In this document: piece by piece, positions 36,931-47,230 of the stretch | Position numbering within the stretch: position 1 is the first letter of the stretch | Layout: each line of letters opens with the position of its first letter | Assembly (NCBI GenBank): GCA_049512075.1 | Contig: JBEKXL010000004.1 | Location: 94,166-158,165, forward strand | DNA: 64,000 nt | Direction: 5' to 3' | From: Candidatus Bathyarchaeia archaeon | GTDB lineage: Archaea; Thermoproteota; Bathyarchaeia; Bathyarchaeales; Bathycorpusculaceae | Notes under the pieces: generated by a model | What the model was told of the DNA's origin: nothing | What the model saw: the letters and a program-made list of their open reading frames with translations, nothing else | Databases searched by the model: none | Made by a program: the position numbers and the translations under genes

Positions 36931-37491
36931 ATGCCGAAGACTAAAGCCATAATACACATTCAGAACGTTGTTGCTTCTGCCACATTAAACCAGAAGGTTG
37001 ACTTGAACGCTGTTGTGAAGAGTTTTCCGGGAGTTGAGTATCGTCCGGAACAGTTTCCCGGATTAGTGTTTAGGCTTAAGAGACCGAAAACGGCCACGCT
37101 GATTTTCAATTCTGGGAAAATGGTGTGCACGGGGGCAAAATCTGAGAAGGAAGCACGCAGGGCCGTCATGACAGTTGTTAAAGAGTTGAGAAAAGGCGGA
37201 ATAATCATCATCAGCAAGCCCGAGTTAAAGATTCAGAACATTGTTGCCTCCGCAAGTTTAGGCGGAAAGATAGACTTGGAACTGGCAGTGGGCGCGCTTG
37301 TAAAAACCATGTATGAGCCGGAGCAGTTTCCAGGATTGATATACCGGATGGACGAGCCTAAGGTGGTCATACTGATATTCGCAAGCGGGAACCTTGTTTG
37401 CACCGGAGCGAAGAAGGAACAGGACGTTTATGACGCGGTGCATAAGCTTCACGCAAGCTTGGAGGAAAAGGACCTCATATTCTACGAATGA
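36931..37491 (+). CDS. tbp: TATA-box binding protein
   Basis: Two repeats of IQN(V/I)VASA...Y.PEQFPGL..R...LIF.SG..VCTGAK. Confidence 0.98.
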   Translation: MPKTKAIIHIQNVVASATLNQKVDLNAVVKSFPGVEYRPEQFPGLVFRLKRPKTATLIFNSGKMVCTGAKSEKEARRAVMTVVKELRKGGIIIISKPELKIQNIVASASLGGKIDLELAVGALVKTMYEPEQFPGLIYRMDEPKVVILIFASGNLVCTGAKKEQDVYDAVHKLHASLEEKDLIFYE

Positions 37492-37654
37492 GAACGTCAT
37501 ACGTTAATCGCGCGCGTTTCTGTGTCAAGAGTTTGCTGCGAGTGTTTCAACCCTCACGTTTCGACTGCGCTCTCGTGCTCTTTCCGATTGCTTTGTATAC
37601 TTCCAAAGATCTGTTGAGATATTAGAACGCGCGTCTAACCGAGGACCTGGAGGA

Positions 37655-37960
37655 ATGGAAGGAAACATGATATCGTCCAAGGCGAAGAATCGAATGAAGC
37701 GTGAGCTAAGTTTAGAGAAGCCCACAATATGGGTGGGTAAGGAGGGGGCGTCGCCGCAGACGATGAATGAGATTTCTAGACAGTTGGAGAGAAGGAGAAT
37801 AGTGAAAGTCCAAATATTGGGAAGCGCACTTAGGGCTGAGAGGGCCAGAGACATCGCGTCAAAAACAGCTCAACAAACAGAATCTGCCCTAATCGATGTT
37901 AGAGGCCACACTTTCACACTGCATAAGCCTCGCAAAAAGAGAAGCAAAAAGCCTCTGTAA
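37655..37960 (+). CDS. YhbY/CRS1 RNA-binding protein
   Basis: KPTIWVGKEG, IVKVQIL, DVRGHT. Confidence 0.85.
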   Translation: MEGNMISSKAKNRMKRELSLEKPTIWVGKEGASPQTMNEISRQLERRRIVKVQILGSALRAERARDIASKTAQQTESALIDVRGHTFTLHKPRKKRSKKPL

Positions 37961-38648
37961 AAGGACCGATTAGAGGTTTGAAAGGAATAAAATTGTGGCA
38001 TTCCTGCAAATGAAACGTTCAAAAACACCGCGCGCAGCAACCGAGACAGGATAGCTTCAAGGCCTCTCCTGCAGAGGCAAAGTCTAGCGCGCATGTGTGT
38101 TCCTAGGTTCGGTGTTTGAGTGTGATGAGACTGAGCGGCGTTCTTGTGTTGTGTGATTTTTGTGTGTGTGCGCAACGGGTGTAGGCCCCCTCTATTTGGA
38201 GCCAAATATGACTTGTCGGTTTTGGAGTGCGGTGGCGCGGATGTGTGGTCCCAAAAATGGCATAAAACGGTTTTTGTTCCTTTGGCAGAGCCAAAACACG
38301 CTCATCAAACAATCGATAGTGAACCTGTACGTGCAAGAACGGCCTTAAGACCACTTCTAACAATCTTAGGAGCACGTATGCGCACCATCTCTCACATGAT
38401 GGATGGCACAAGTTCTATGTTTCTGTCTCTGGTTTTTCAAATCTGGCGACTTTCCATTCTTCTTCTTACTTTTTCAACGTTACTCTTTCCATGTTTCCAT
38501 TTTCCTTGACTTTTCAATCTTTTCAAAAATCGCTTTTTCTTGTTCTGTTTTTTCGTAGATCGCTTCAAGCTACATCTTCCTTCCTAGGATTACATAATAA
38601 CAACAAACAGGGATTATAAAGTATCACTTGGCGCGCGTCAAAAAGGTT

Positions 38649-39203
38649 CTAGGTTCGGATTCTGTAGGTTTCGGTTACTTCCAATATCCCTTTTTTGGCA
38701 ATCGCGTAGACCAAGTTTACGTCTTTGTTCCACTCTCGAGCGTACATCAGCGGCTGATTGATCCTCCTTTCGGTGGGATCTACGTGCATCCACCTGCCAT
38801 CGACCCGAACTTCGTTCCAAACGTGATCACCCGCCGCTGCCTTTGACTTGTCATGAAGAGTGGAACAGTCGATGACTATTCGGCACCTGTACGCGTCTGC
38901 CAGCAGCAACCCATTGTAGAGGAGCGCGAACTCTCCACACCTTCCCTTGGCTTGTTTGATGATGTCCATCGGCATCTCGGCTCTACCCTTAGGAAGCTCT
39001 CCTCTTGTGTATTCGAGATGCCGGTGCTCCCAACTCAGAAGGCCCTTCCAATCCAAGCCCTCAATGGGGTCTTTCAGAACAGCCTTGGCGCAATGCTTGA
39101 ACTCCCGCATGTACTCCGGTTTTGCCATTTTGTGGCAGCGTTGTCTGTAGACGTTGATCACCTTCGGATATGCAGGTTCACGGGTCTTGGACATAGACAC
39201 CAA
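38649..39203 (-). CDS. Transglutaminase-fold protein resembling the peptide:N-glycanase core
   Basis: GRCGEFA, DHVWNEV, WMHVDP (C-H-D triad), PLMY..W.K. Confidence 0.8.
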   Translation of the reverse strand: MVSMSKTREPAYPKVINVYRQRCHKMAKPEYMREFKHCAKAVLKDPIEGLDWKGLLSWEHRHLEYTRGELPKGRAEMPMDIIKQAKGRCGEFALLYNGLLLADAYRCRIVIDCSTLHDKSKAAAGDHVWNEVRVDGRWMHVDPTERRINQPLMYAREWNKDVNLVYAIAKKGILEVTETYRIRT

Positions 39204-39314
39204 GCGGATAACATTGTGGAGATTGCTTTTCAGTATTGCTCATCTGAAATATGGACTCGACGTCGTTCAACCATCAAGTCTTTTGAGGTCTAGGACTGCG
39301 CTGAGCCCGTGGAA

Positions 39315-40943
39315 TCATTTGCATTCTGCGCCTAGTGCCCAGCTGAACTTTTTCCTCAATGTCTTTGGGTACAGTTTGTCCAATGGGAAGTCCATTCTGC
39401 AGGCCCACTTCACGTAGACCATAGGGTCGATGTAGGATTTGAGAGAAGTTCCCAAGTTATACTCTTGTGTTTCCTTCGTTAGTCTCACGTCAAGCTTCGT
39501 CTTCTCCAAGCTTCTGACCAAAGCCTCGGTTTTCTTTTCTTCCTTCTCTTTTTCCTTGAGCTTCAGTTCAAGCTCTTTTACTCTGGCTTCTTTCTTTTTC
39601 AGCCTTTCATCGAAGTTGGGTGGAATCTTTCGCTTGTGATTGGCGATTTTGGCGGCTTCCAGGTTTGCCATTTTGGCGCAGAACTGTTTGAGGTAGTCGG
39701 CATCCGCTTTCTTGACTTTGCAGTCTTCTAGGCTTCTGCTAACCGTTTGCGTGCACCTCCAGGTTCTGAACACCTTTGCCGTCAAGCCTTCCATTTTCTG
39801 CGAAAGAAACCTGGACACTTTCCTAGAGTTCGTCCCCGCGAACAGGTACCCGCTGTTCTGCTTCGAGAACTCCTGAATGTTTCTGATGACCACTGGAGGG
39901 GCCTCAATTTTCTTTTTCCATTTTACGCAGTCTTTCCCTAGAAAGTCAAAATTCAGCAGGTTCCCCTCAATCTTGATGTGCTCAGGCCTCAGGGTTATGG
40001 CCCCCACGGTGTCCGCTTCCCCAGGATCCTTTTCGTCTCCCACTCTAATGTTCACCTTGAGAATGAGCCAGCACACGGTTGCGATTTTTCTTCTCTCCAA
40101 GTCTTCGGAGCCCAGGTTTTTCATTATGTGCTCTTCCACTTTCGGAATCTCTTTGTCAAGTTTCTCTGCTTTCTTGAACTTCTCCTTCTCCATCTTCTGT
40201 TTCAGGAAAGCGGAGTCTGAGAACCAAACGTACTTCATCTTCCCTGAGAGCTTGTCCTCCCATTTGGCGATGTACATCTTCTCAGGTTCCCATACGACAG
40301 TCTTCCAACTTCCAGCTGGTCTGAACCTCGGGTCAGAAAGGTTCAGTACGATGTCTTCCTCTTTCGGACCTTGTTTCCACTTTCCTCTTCTCGGATGATC
40401 TCCTCTGCCCGCAAAAATGCACGAAGGCTCTGCCGTCCAGTTTGCGATCTCCAACTTTCTATCATCAACCGTTGCATAGCCGTAATCTTCCCTCAAACCT
40501 TCCCTTCGCGCTTTTCTCTCGGCGGCAATCCTTTTCCTCTCTTCCTTCGTCATATTCAGCTTCTTCTGCTGTTCCCTCAACACATGTTCTGTAACCTCGG
40601 AGAAATCGACTTCCGGATCATCCTTCAGTCTTCCGTTAATCACCCATTTGCCATCGTCTCTTTTCAAGCTCTTGATGTAGCTAACGGTGAAGTCTTTCAG
40701 AAATCCCTGAGAAGGGTTTTCGGAGTTTAGCGCTTTTAGAAAATCTTCGACAAAGTTTCTGTAGAACAGCTTGTCAGGAGGAGAGGTGACAGATAGTTTC
40801 TTCCTTGCCCAAGCGATGGCCATTTGTTCAGTCTCTGGGCTGAGTTTCACAGTTTGTCCGTGCACCTTGACCGACAAGCCTTGGTACTCATAAGGCGGAA
40901 CGTAAATCCCGTTGTGTTTGAGACTTTTCATACAGTATTTCAT
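39315..40943 (-). CDS. top1: DNA topoisomerase IB (eukaryote-like)
   Basis: GRGDHP, IRVGDEK, FDFLGKD, KVFRTW, NHKR, TSLKSYIDP. Confidence 0.93.
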   Translation of the reverse strand: MKYCMKSLKHNGIYVPPYEYQGLSVKVHGQTVKLSPETEQMAIAWARKKLSVTSPPDKLFYRNFVEDFLKALNSENPSQGFLKDFTVSYIKSLKRDDGKWVINGRLKDDPEVDFSEVTEHVLREQQKKLNMTKEERKRIAAERKARREGLREDYGYATVDDRKLEIANWTAEPSCIFAGRGDHPRRGKWKQGPKEEDIVLNLSDPRFRPAGSWKTVVWEPEKMYIAKWEDKLSGKMKYVWFSDSAFLKQKMEKEKFKKAEKLDKEIPKVEEHIMKNLGSEDLERRKIATVCWLILKVNIRVGDEKDPGEADTVGAITLRPEHIKIEGNLLNFDFLGKDCVKWKKKIEAPPVVIRNIQEFSKQNSGYLFAGTNSRKVSRFLSQKMEGLTAKVFRTWRCTQTVSRSLEDCKVKKADADYLKQFCAKMANLEAAKIANHKRKIPPNFDERLKKKEARVKELELKLKEKEKEEKKTEALVRSLEKTKLDVRLTKETQEYNLGTSLKSYIDPMVYVKWACRMDFPLDKLYPKTLRKKFSWALGAECK

Positions 40944-41010
40944 TCGACTTTCTCGCCTCTTGACCCGTCAGGCATCTTCATTTCCCGAAGCAGTGCGATT
41001 GACTGCCTTC

Positions 41011-41427
41011 TCAACGCTCGTTAAAGACTTGCTTTCTGGATGCGCTTTGTTTCTTAAATGTTCTGTGGAGGCTTTCAACGATTTCATGGTCTATGTACCC
41101 TTTGTGGGGACGGAACCCTCCGGTGAAACCTTTGGGAATGTGCAGGAGTTCGTGAATGATGGTTTTTTCCCTGTCCTCTACGGTCAACCTGTCGTACCGC
41201 TCAGATATGACTTCGATCACGTAGGAGGGTGGGAGGTTTAGTGTCTCTTGCCATATTCTGCCAAAACCATGAATTCGAGCAATGGTACGTCTGGACGCTG
41301 ACCCTCTGCTCCTGACGCAGAACACGAACTGGTGGACAACGTGGAAAAGGTCTAGGCTGTCTGCGATTTCGTCCGCAAGTTTCTTGACGTCTGGAGCGTC
41401 GGAATACTCAATTGGCATAGTCGTCAC
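41011..41427 (-). CDS. Putative metallopeptidase
   Basis: HELLHIP (HExxH); overall pattern of small archaeal metallopeptidases. Confidence 0.8.
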   Translation of the reverse strand: MTTMPIEYSDAPDVKKLADEIADSLDLFHVVHQFVFCVRSRGSASRRTIARIHGFGRIWQETLNLPPSYVIEVISERYDRLTVEDREKTIIHELLHIPKGFTGGFRPHKGYIDHEIVESLHRTFKKQSASRKQVFNER

Positions 41428-41462
41428 CGAAGCCTTTTGTCATTCGTTTGCGGCTTTGTCTT

Positions 41463-41978
41463 TCAGATATTTCTTGCTCTGACAGCAGCCAGAAAAATCG
41501 CCCTGGCGATGAGCGAAACGCCGATGAACATTACTACAGCAGCCCAAAACTCAAACCATTTCGTAACGTCGATGACGGATGTTTGGGTAGGTGCGACAAG
41601 AAATGTTTGAATCAGGTACGTGGCGCCCAGCCAGAACACGATGTCCCCGATGTTTTCGGCCTTTCTGCGCAGGGGCGAATCGAATAGGAATCTTGCTCCC
41701 AGAGCGGCGATGAGGAAAACTCCCCAGACTAGGCTGAACTCTCGCGCAGCCAGGTACACGTCTATGTGGTCTCCAAGATGTTCGGGGGCGGGAACGTATA
41801 TGTTTGTGTTTCCAACCTGAACTACGTTGAAGTGACTGAGAAACGTGACCACCTTGTCGAGAAGGTTAGGCGTGGTTACGAACATTGTGCCGATGAGGAT
41901 CAGGAAGAATCCTACGGAAATAGCACTGAGTATTCCTTCATAATGTCTACGCGTATATCCTCTTGAGCCTTGATTCAA
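41463..41978 (-). CDS. Membrane protein
   Basis: Four hydrophobic segments. Confidence 0.7.
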   Translation of the reverse strand: MNQGSRGYTRRHYEGILSAISVGFFLILIGTMFVTTPNLLDKVVTFLSHFNVVQVGNTNIYVPAPEHLGDHIDVYLAAREFSLVWGVFLIAALGARFLFDSPLRRKAENIGDIVFWLGATYLIQTFLVAPTQTSVIDVTKWFEFWAAVVMFIGVSLIARAIFLAAVRARNI

Positions 41979-42091
41979 TTTGCTTACCTCTAGTCACACT
42001 GTGCTCTATGAATGTATATAACATTTTTCGGCCTCTTTCGTGGATATGTTTTAAATACTCAATATTCAAATAGCATTGTGAATGCATCAAG

Positions 42092-42499
42092 GTGAAGGGT
42101 ATGTCATATTGTCCGAAATGCGGCAGCAAAGTTGAGGGAGAAATGAGCTTTTGCCCAAAATGCGGAGCTCCGCTCAACGTCGAGAATGTCGCTACTGTCA
42201 CTCCTGAGACGAGACCAGCGTACCGCCGAGACGAAAAAACGGAAGAGAAATCCGAAAAACATGAGAAACGGGAGAAGAGCGAGAAGCATGAGAAGCATGA
42301 GAAGCATGAGTACGGCTTCATGGGTCCGTTGATAGGCGGTGTGATTCTGCTGTTCATTGGTGCGGCACTTTATCTAAGAGTCACCGGCTATGATGTCGCA
42401 ATACTGTGGGCTCTGTTCTTTGTCTTGATTGGGGTGCTGATTATTGTGGGTGGCATTTACGGTGCAATAATGGCGGGTCGCAGGCATCCAAGAACTTAG
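42092..42499 (+). CDS. Zinc-ribbon membrane protein with EKH repeats
   Basis: CPKCG...FCPKCG; EKHEK repeats; two TM helices. Confidence 0.8.
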   Translation: MKGMSYCPKCGSKVEGEMSFCPKCGAPLNVENVATVTPETRPAYRRDEKTEEKSEKHEKREKSEKHEKHEKHEYGFMGPLIGGVILLFIGAALYLRVTGYDVAILWALFFVLIGVLIIVGGIYGAIMAGRRHPRT

Positions 42500-43641
42500 G
42501 TGAACCGTCCGAAAAACAGCCGATAGAGTCGATGCTCCAGAAGCGTCGATGTCTTGTCTCTGCCAAAGATGCGGAAGTAGTTTTTTCCAGCGGACTCCAC
42601 CATGTCGCCGATTCGGTATCTCGGAAGAATACACGACGACACGACTAAGCGACCCCACTCGCCGCGGTTGAGTTCATGCAGCATTTTTGTGCCTTTGCCA
42701 GTTTCGACTTCGAAGAAGTACGTGTCATAATTTGGCGTCACGTATGGCAACTCGTCTAGCTGCTGCGCAAAAACGCCTTCAGTTGCGCTATAGATCTCAA
42801 CCACGGGGACTTGCCCGAAGTATTTCTTGAGCACGGGCGCGTATTTGAACTGGATCTTCCGCACGCTTGTGCAAAAAAGAGCACGCAAATTCCATAGTTC
42901 CTTGGGTTTCTTTCCGTGTTTTTGGTTAACGTACTTTGCGAAGGACAGAATTACGGGGGTAACTCCTATTGCGGCGGTTACGTCCGCGTTTAGGGCTTGT
43001 TGGTATGCAAGCTCGAACCTCTTTTCCCAGTCTTGCTTCTTGATTCCTGTGCCCAGAGCGTCGATGTCTTCCTGACGAGGTATGAGGCTGACGGAGTCAA
43101 GCGCGGGGTTAAGTCTGGCGTACGTGCCTGAACTGTATCCGTAGCTCATTGTACTTCCGTCGACAACCATCGTGTGAACGTTGGAAGGGAAGTTGAGGTT
43201 GAGGATTCTTCCCGCGAGAAGTTCAAAGTCTTTGGTTCTTAGAACGTGGTTAATCAGTCCTCTGGCTCCGCAGGTGAAGATTTGTTCCAGATGCGTCTTC
43301 GTTGCGGGCAGCACTTTCGCAGGGCCCGTTGAACCTCTCGTCATGACCCAGCATGCTAGCGGCTCAGGAAGAATCGCGTCATAATTGCCTTTCTTAATCT
43401 CATCTAAGAGTGGTTGAAGTCCCAGGTATTCCATGGCCGGGAAATTCTTCCTGTACGCTTCGATTTCCAGGGTTTCAGATGCGCCGTGGCTTTTTCCGTA
43501 GCGAGTCTTCCGGTATTCCTTCAACAGCTTCGACAGGGCTTCTCTCTGGGCCTTCTGAGGGTTTTTCAAAGACTCGTACCATGAACCTATAATTGGCTGG
43601 AGAATGCCAAGACTGCTCTTCTCTTCTGTCGGTAACATCAT
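42496..43641 (-). CDS. GH3-family (acyl-acid amido synthetase-like) protein
   Basis: TRGSTG..K, YSATEG, RYRIGD, FGR. Confidence 0.8.
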   Translation of the reverse strand: MMLPTEEKSSLGILQPIIGSWYESLKNPQKAQREALSKLLKEYRKTRYGKSHGASETLEIEAYRKNFPAMEYLGLQPLLDEIKKGNYDAILPEPLACWVMTRGSTGPAKVLPATKTHLEQIFTCGARGLINHVLRTKDFELLAGRILNLNFPSNVHTMVVDGSTMSYGYSSGTYARLNPALDSVSLIPRQEDIDALGTGIKKQDWEKRFELAYQQALNADVTAAIGVTPVILSFAKYVNQKHGKKPKELWNLRALFCTSVRKIQFKYAPVLKKYFGQVPVVEIYSATEGVFAQQLDELPYVTPNYDTYFFEVETGKGTKMLHELNRGEWGRLVVSSCILPRYRIGDMVESAGKNYFRIFGRDKTSTLLEHRLYRLFFGRFT

Positions 43642-43709
43642 CGTTCAAGCGACATTTTCGGTACTCAGCTTATAAGTTCTTTTGAACGAACAAAAAAAAG
43701 AGGGATTTC

Positions 43710-44096
43710 CTATCTTGTTAGCAATCCGCCTATGAATCCGCCGATAGTCGAGAAAAGCGCTCCGAAGGCGGCGAATATGATTGCTATGAAGCCGACGGCC
43801 ACACCGGCTAGACCACCAAGAAGTCCGCCTAAAACTCCGCCCGTGAATGCGCCTGCCACTATGAGGCCTATGAATGCTAGTATCGCTATTATTATGCCGC
43901 CGAATATTCCTGCGAGAAAGCCAGCGAGCGCTCCTCTCAGCATTCCTCCAGCTATGAGCCCTGCCACGAACCCACCGATCAACCCGCCTACTATGTGTCC
44001 TATTCCTGGAAACATCCATCCGAGAACAAGCGTTAAGAGAAAGCCGACGAAAGCCCCCAGCCACAAGTGTCCCATGCAGTCACCTAACTCCTTCAA
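43710..44096 (-). CDS. Gly-rich membrane protein (DUF5518-like)
   Basis: Repeated GxxxG TM helices. Confidence 0.7.
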   Translation of the reverse strand: MKELGDCMGHLWLGAFVGFLLTLVLGWMFPGIGHIVGGLIGGFVAGLIAGGMLRGALAGFLAGIFGGIIIAILAFIGLIVAGAFTGGVLGGLLGGLAGVAVGFIAIIFAAFGALFSTIGGFIGGLLTR

Positions 44097-44237
44097 TTAG
44101 AAGTAATTCATATAAAAAACTTGCTTGAAATGGGCGCAGCGCCTGATCTCATTCGCGCGCGCTGTCATGTTTGAGCGTGTCTTTCGTTCGAAGCCCTTCT
44201 GACAGTTAGTCGACGATCGACAAGAACGCGATGGTTT

Positions 44238-44313
44238 TGGTAGCCCGGGAGAGATTCGAACTCTCGTCAGCGGCTCCAGAGGCCGCCATGTTTGACCACT
44301 GCACCACCGGGCT
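44238..44313 (-). tRNA. tRNA-Gln(CTG), CCA encoded
   Basis: A1-U72 acceptor AGCCCGG/CCGGGCT; anticodon arm GCGGC-CTCTGGA-GCCGC. Confidence 0.93.
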
Positions 44314-44385
44314 CTGTTGCAATGGGTTAAAGACTGGCCTTTCTTCATAATAACTTTAGCGTTAGATTCTAAGGAAGCGGGATTG

Positions 44386-44592
44386 TTATTTTCTTTTGTC
44401 TGTTGCGTCGGTAATGCAGTTGCACTCTTGAGCACTCGGATAGTATTCCTCGCAGCACGAAAGAGTCTGCACTATTGGATTCTTGTTTTTCAAGAAGCGT
44501 CTTGTGCAGAATACTTGGTCCGGGTAGTTGTAGGCGTTGTGGCTGGTGCAGTTGCCGCAGAACTTGCGCTTGTCTGAAGCTTTCTTGTTCAT
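44386..44592 (-). CDS. Small Cys-rich protein
   Basis: CGNC..H, C, CC, CNC; ATGA overlap with dys. Confidence 0.65.
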   Translation of the reverse strand: MNKKASDKRKFCGNCTSHNAYNYPDQVFCTRRFLKNKNPIVQTLSCCEEYYPSAQECNCITDATDKRK

Positions 44593-45617
44593 TTATATCC
44601 TCCCGACTTGAACATTCCATTCTTTAACCTTGGCGTCCTCTTGAAACCTTCGCCGAGCCGTTCAATAACTGACGCCACCATTATGGGAAAAACCATCATG
44701 GCTTCGCCTATCACCATGGTTTTGTGTGCTTGGCCTTTCAGTTTTCCCCAGCTCACCGTTTCTTCCAAGGTTGACCCTGACAGCCCTCCTGTTTCCGGCC
44801 TGTCCATGGTTATCACCACGGCATAATCGATGCCTGACTTTGTTGCGAGGGCAGCCGATTGTATCGTGTTCCTCGGCACTCCGCCCCCAATGATTATCAT
44901 ACCGTTTCTTGAAGATTTCTTGCAGACGCTGATTATCTCAGGCACGTCCTTGAAAGCGTCGACCACCAGAGTATTCTTGAAGCGTTTTCTAGAAGCGTGA
45001 AGATGGTATATGTAGCCAAATTCTGAGTCGCGCACTGCAGGAATGAAGATTGGTGCCTTCGCTTCATACGCTGCGCGCAAAATCGAGTTCGAATCTGTGA
45101 GCCTTCTGCCCACTTCCCAGGCGAAATCTCTTGAGGACAAACTTTTTCCCCTGTATTCAGCCGCTATTTCGTCGTACATTTCCACGAGTTTCATGTCCAG
45201 CCTTATGAAGTCCTCTTCTGGCACGAAAATATCGTAAATTCGGTAAATGTGGTTCCTGTAGAGCAAGTGGTCGTCAACGTTCCAGTGGCCCTTATAATGG
45301 TGACCACCCAACGCCTCAACTGTATCATGAACCATGTTTGCGCCCGTCGTCACGACCACGTCGATGAGGTTTTCCCGTATCATGTCCGCAATCAACGTCC
45401 GCATCCCAGCAGGGACGACAGCTCCGGCTAAACCCAAGAACACAGTACATTTCTGGTCACGCAACATCCGCTCATAGATGTCACACGCCGTCGCGAGTCT
45501 TCCAGCCTCAAAGGACCCTGAATTCTTGAACTGCTTGATAAGTTGGTCGACAGTAAGTGTTCCGTTAATCTTCACATGCTTCACTGGCTCTCGGAGAATC
45601 TCCTTCCTCTGCATCAA
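44589..45617 (-). CDS. dys: Deoxyhypusine synthase family protein
   Basis: TTGAN..HD, IGGGVPRN, GGLSGST..E.VSWGK. Confidence 0.88.
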   Translation of the reverse strand: MMQRKEILREPVKHVKINGTLTVDQLIKQFKNSGSFEAGRLATACDIYERMLRDQKCTVFLGLAGAVVPAGMRTLIADMIRENLIDVVVTTGANMVHDTVEALGGHHYKGHWNVDDHLLYRNHIYRIYDIFVPEEDFIRLDMKLVEMYDEIAAEYRGKSLSSRDFAWEVGRRLTDSNSILRAAYEAKAPIFIPAVRDSEFGYIYHLHASRKRFKNTLVVDAFKDVPEIISVCKKSSRNGMIIIGGGVPRNTIQSAALATKSGIDYAVVITMDRPETGGLSGSTLEETVSWGKLKGQAHKTMVIGEAMMVFPIMVASVIERLGEGFKRTPRLKNGMFKSGGYK

Positions 45618-45730
45618 AATACACGCTCAGAAATTCACTGTTTAGTCGACTAAACACAAATATCTTTCTGTGTTTCTCTAAAACTAGAAGGCCGAGTGAG
45701 TGAACTTCATGCGCTAACGTTGGCGAGTTT

Positions 45731-45964
45731 TCACAACAACGCGAAATCAGCGGATTTGACTCTTCCTCTCGTGTCCAATGTAACTTCGAATTTCTCAGCC
45801 CACGGGTGCCCCTCCATGTCTATAGGGCACGTTCCGCGAACGATCCAAATTTCGTTATTCTGCTCAACTGTGGAAACCTCAACCCTCTCAGTGCACTTCC
45901 TTTTCCTGAGAAGCTCAACCGTTATCTGCTCCGCTGCTTCCTTGGTAATGATATTTTCCTTCAT
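45731..45964 (-). CDS. Hypothetical protein
   Basis: 77-aa ORF with plausible globular composition. Confidence 0.55.
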   Translation of the reverse strand: MKENIITKEAAEQITVELLRKRKCTERVEVSTVEQNNEIWIVRGTCPIDMEGHPWAEKFEVTLDTRGRVKSADFALL

Positions 45965-46153
45965 TGCGGTTCCTCGGGCAAATTGGTCTTACTGTTTCTC
46001 TTGGAGGCATTAAGGGTTATGAATGCAGAATCTTTAGTTTGGGTACGCGTAACCTCAGGCTCCAGACGCCTATCTCGCCTCGCCAATTAGATAAATTCAA
46101 ATCGACAGGCATCTTTCCTAACACAAGGGCATTTCAACCGGAAAAGGAACCAT

Positions 46154-47230
46154 ATGAACGAAAAAAGAAGGATAATATTCCATTTTGACATGGACCATTT
46201 TTTCACTGCTGTTGAGGAGAGGGAACACCCTGAGCTCAGAGACAAGCCAGTGGTTGTAGGAGCCGACCCGAAGGGAGGAATTGGAAGGGGTGTCGTAAGC
46301 ACATCTAATTATTTGGCTAGGAAGTTCGGCGTCAAGTCAGGCATGCCTATTTCCAGGGCGTGGAAACTGTGTCCAGAAGCGGTCTACCTGCCTGTTAACT
46401 ACAAGCTTTACTTGGAAGCCTCGAGCAGAATCATGGATATGCTGCGAAGACACGCCGACAAGTTTGAACAGTGGGGCATTGATGAAGCTTTTCTGGACGT
46501 TACCTCTAAAGTCAACGACTACGGCTCAGCTGAAGCTCTAGCTAGACAGATAAAAGATGAAATCTACACCGAGGCAAGGCTGACCTCTTCAGTTGGAATA
46601 AGCTCGAACAAGTTAGTCGCCAAAATAGCCAGCGACTTCCAAAAACCCAACGGCCTAACCATTGTCAAAGAAGAAGACGTTGAAAAATTCCTCACACCGT
46701 TACCGGTACGTAAGCTTCTCTGGGTTGGCAGGAAGACCGGGCAAAAACTAGAAGACATGGGCATAAAGACTGTAGGAGACTTGGCCCATTATGACCCCAC
46801 AGTGTTGACTGACGCTTTCGGCGAAATGGGAAAACAGCTTCATTTGATGGCCCTTGGAATAGACAAAAGCGATGTCCAGGAAAGAAACTGGATTAAATCC
46901 ATAAGCCGCGAGTTAACCTTCCAAGAAGACACGGATGATTTCGACTCTATTTTGAGAAACCTTGACAAGCTTTCGGAAGAGGTGTGTACAGATGTTTTGA
47001 AGCAGCGGCTTCATTTCAAAACCGTCACAGTCAAGGTTAGGTATTCAAACTTTGAAACTCACACCCACGGCAAAACATTCCCTTTCATCACAAACCGCTT
47101 ACTGGACGTGGAAAGAGCGGCACGCGAGCTTCTTCAGCCTTATCTTAGACCCGAACGAAAAATCAGACTTATAGGCGTGAGAGTGTCAAGTTTGGTTTCG
47201 ACCGAAAAACAAAGAACGCTTTTTCAATGA
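46154..47230 (+). CDS. dinB: Y-family DNA polymerase IV
   Basis: HFDMDHFF, IDEAFLD, AKIASD..KP.G, IRLIGVR; C-terminal PIP-like QRTLF. Confidence 0.95.
   Translation: MNEKRRIIFHFDMDHFFTAVEEREHPELRDKPVVVGADPKGGIGRGVVSTSNYLARKFGVKSGMPISRAWKLCPEAVYLPVNYKLYLEASSRIMDMLRRHADKFEQWGIDEAFLDVTSKVNDYGSAEALARQIKDEIYTEARLTSSVGISSNKLVAKIASDFQKPNGLTIVKEEDVEKFLTPLPVRKLLWVGRKTGQKLEDMGIKTVGDLAHYDPTVLTDAFGEMGKQLHLMALGIDKSDVQERNWIKSISRELTFQEDTDDFDSILRNLDKLSEEVCTDVLKQRLHFKTVTVKVRYSNFETHTHGKTFPFITNRLLDVERAARELLQPYLRPERKIRLIGVRVSSLVSTEKQRTLFQ

Noticed and set aside
37960-38640. ORFs and TG-rich stretch downstream of yhbY
   Set aside because: Overlapping ORFs have implausible composition and no motifs; no defined repeat unit.
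42255-42312. GAGAAGCAT tandem repeat
   Set aside because: In-frame coding repeat (EKH) of the zinc-ribbon protein; the 9-bp unit cannot cause phase variation.
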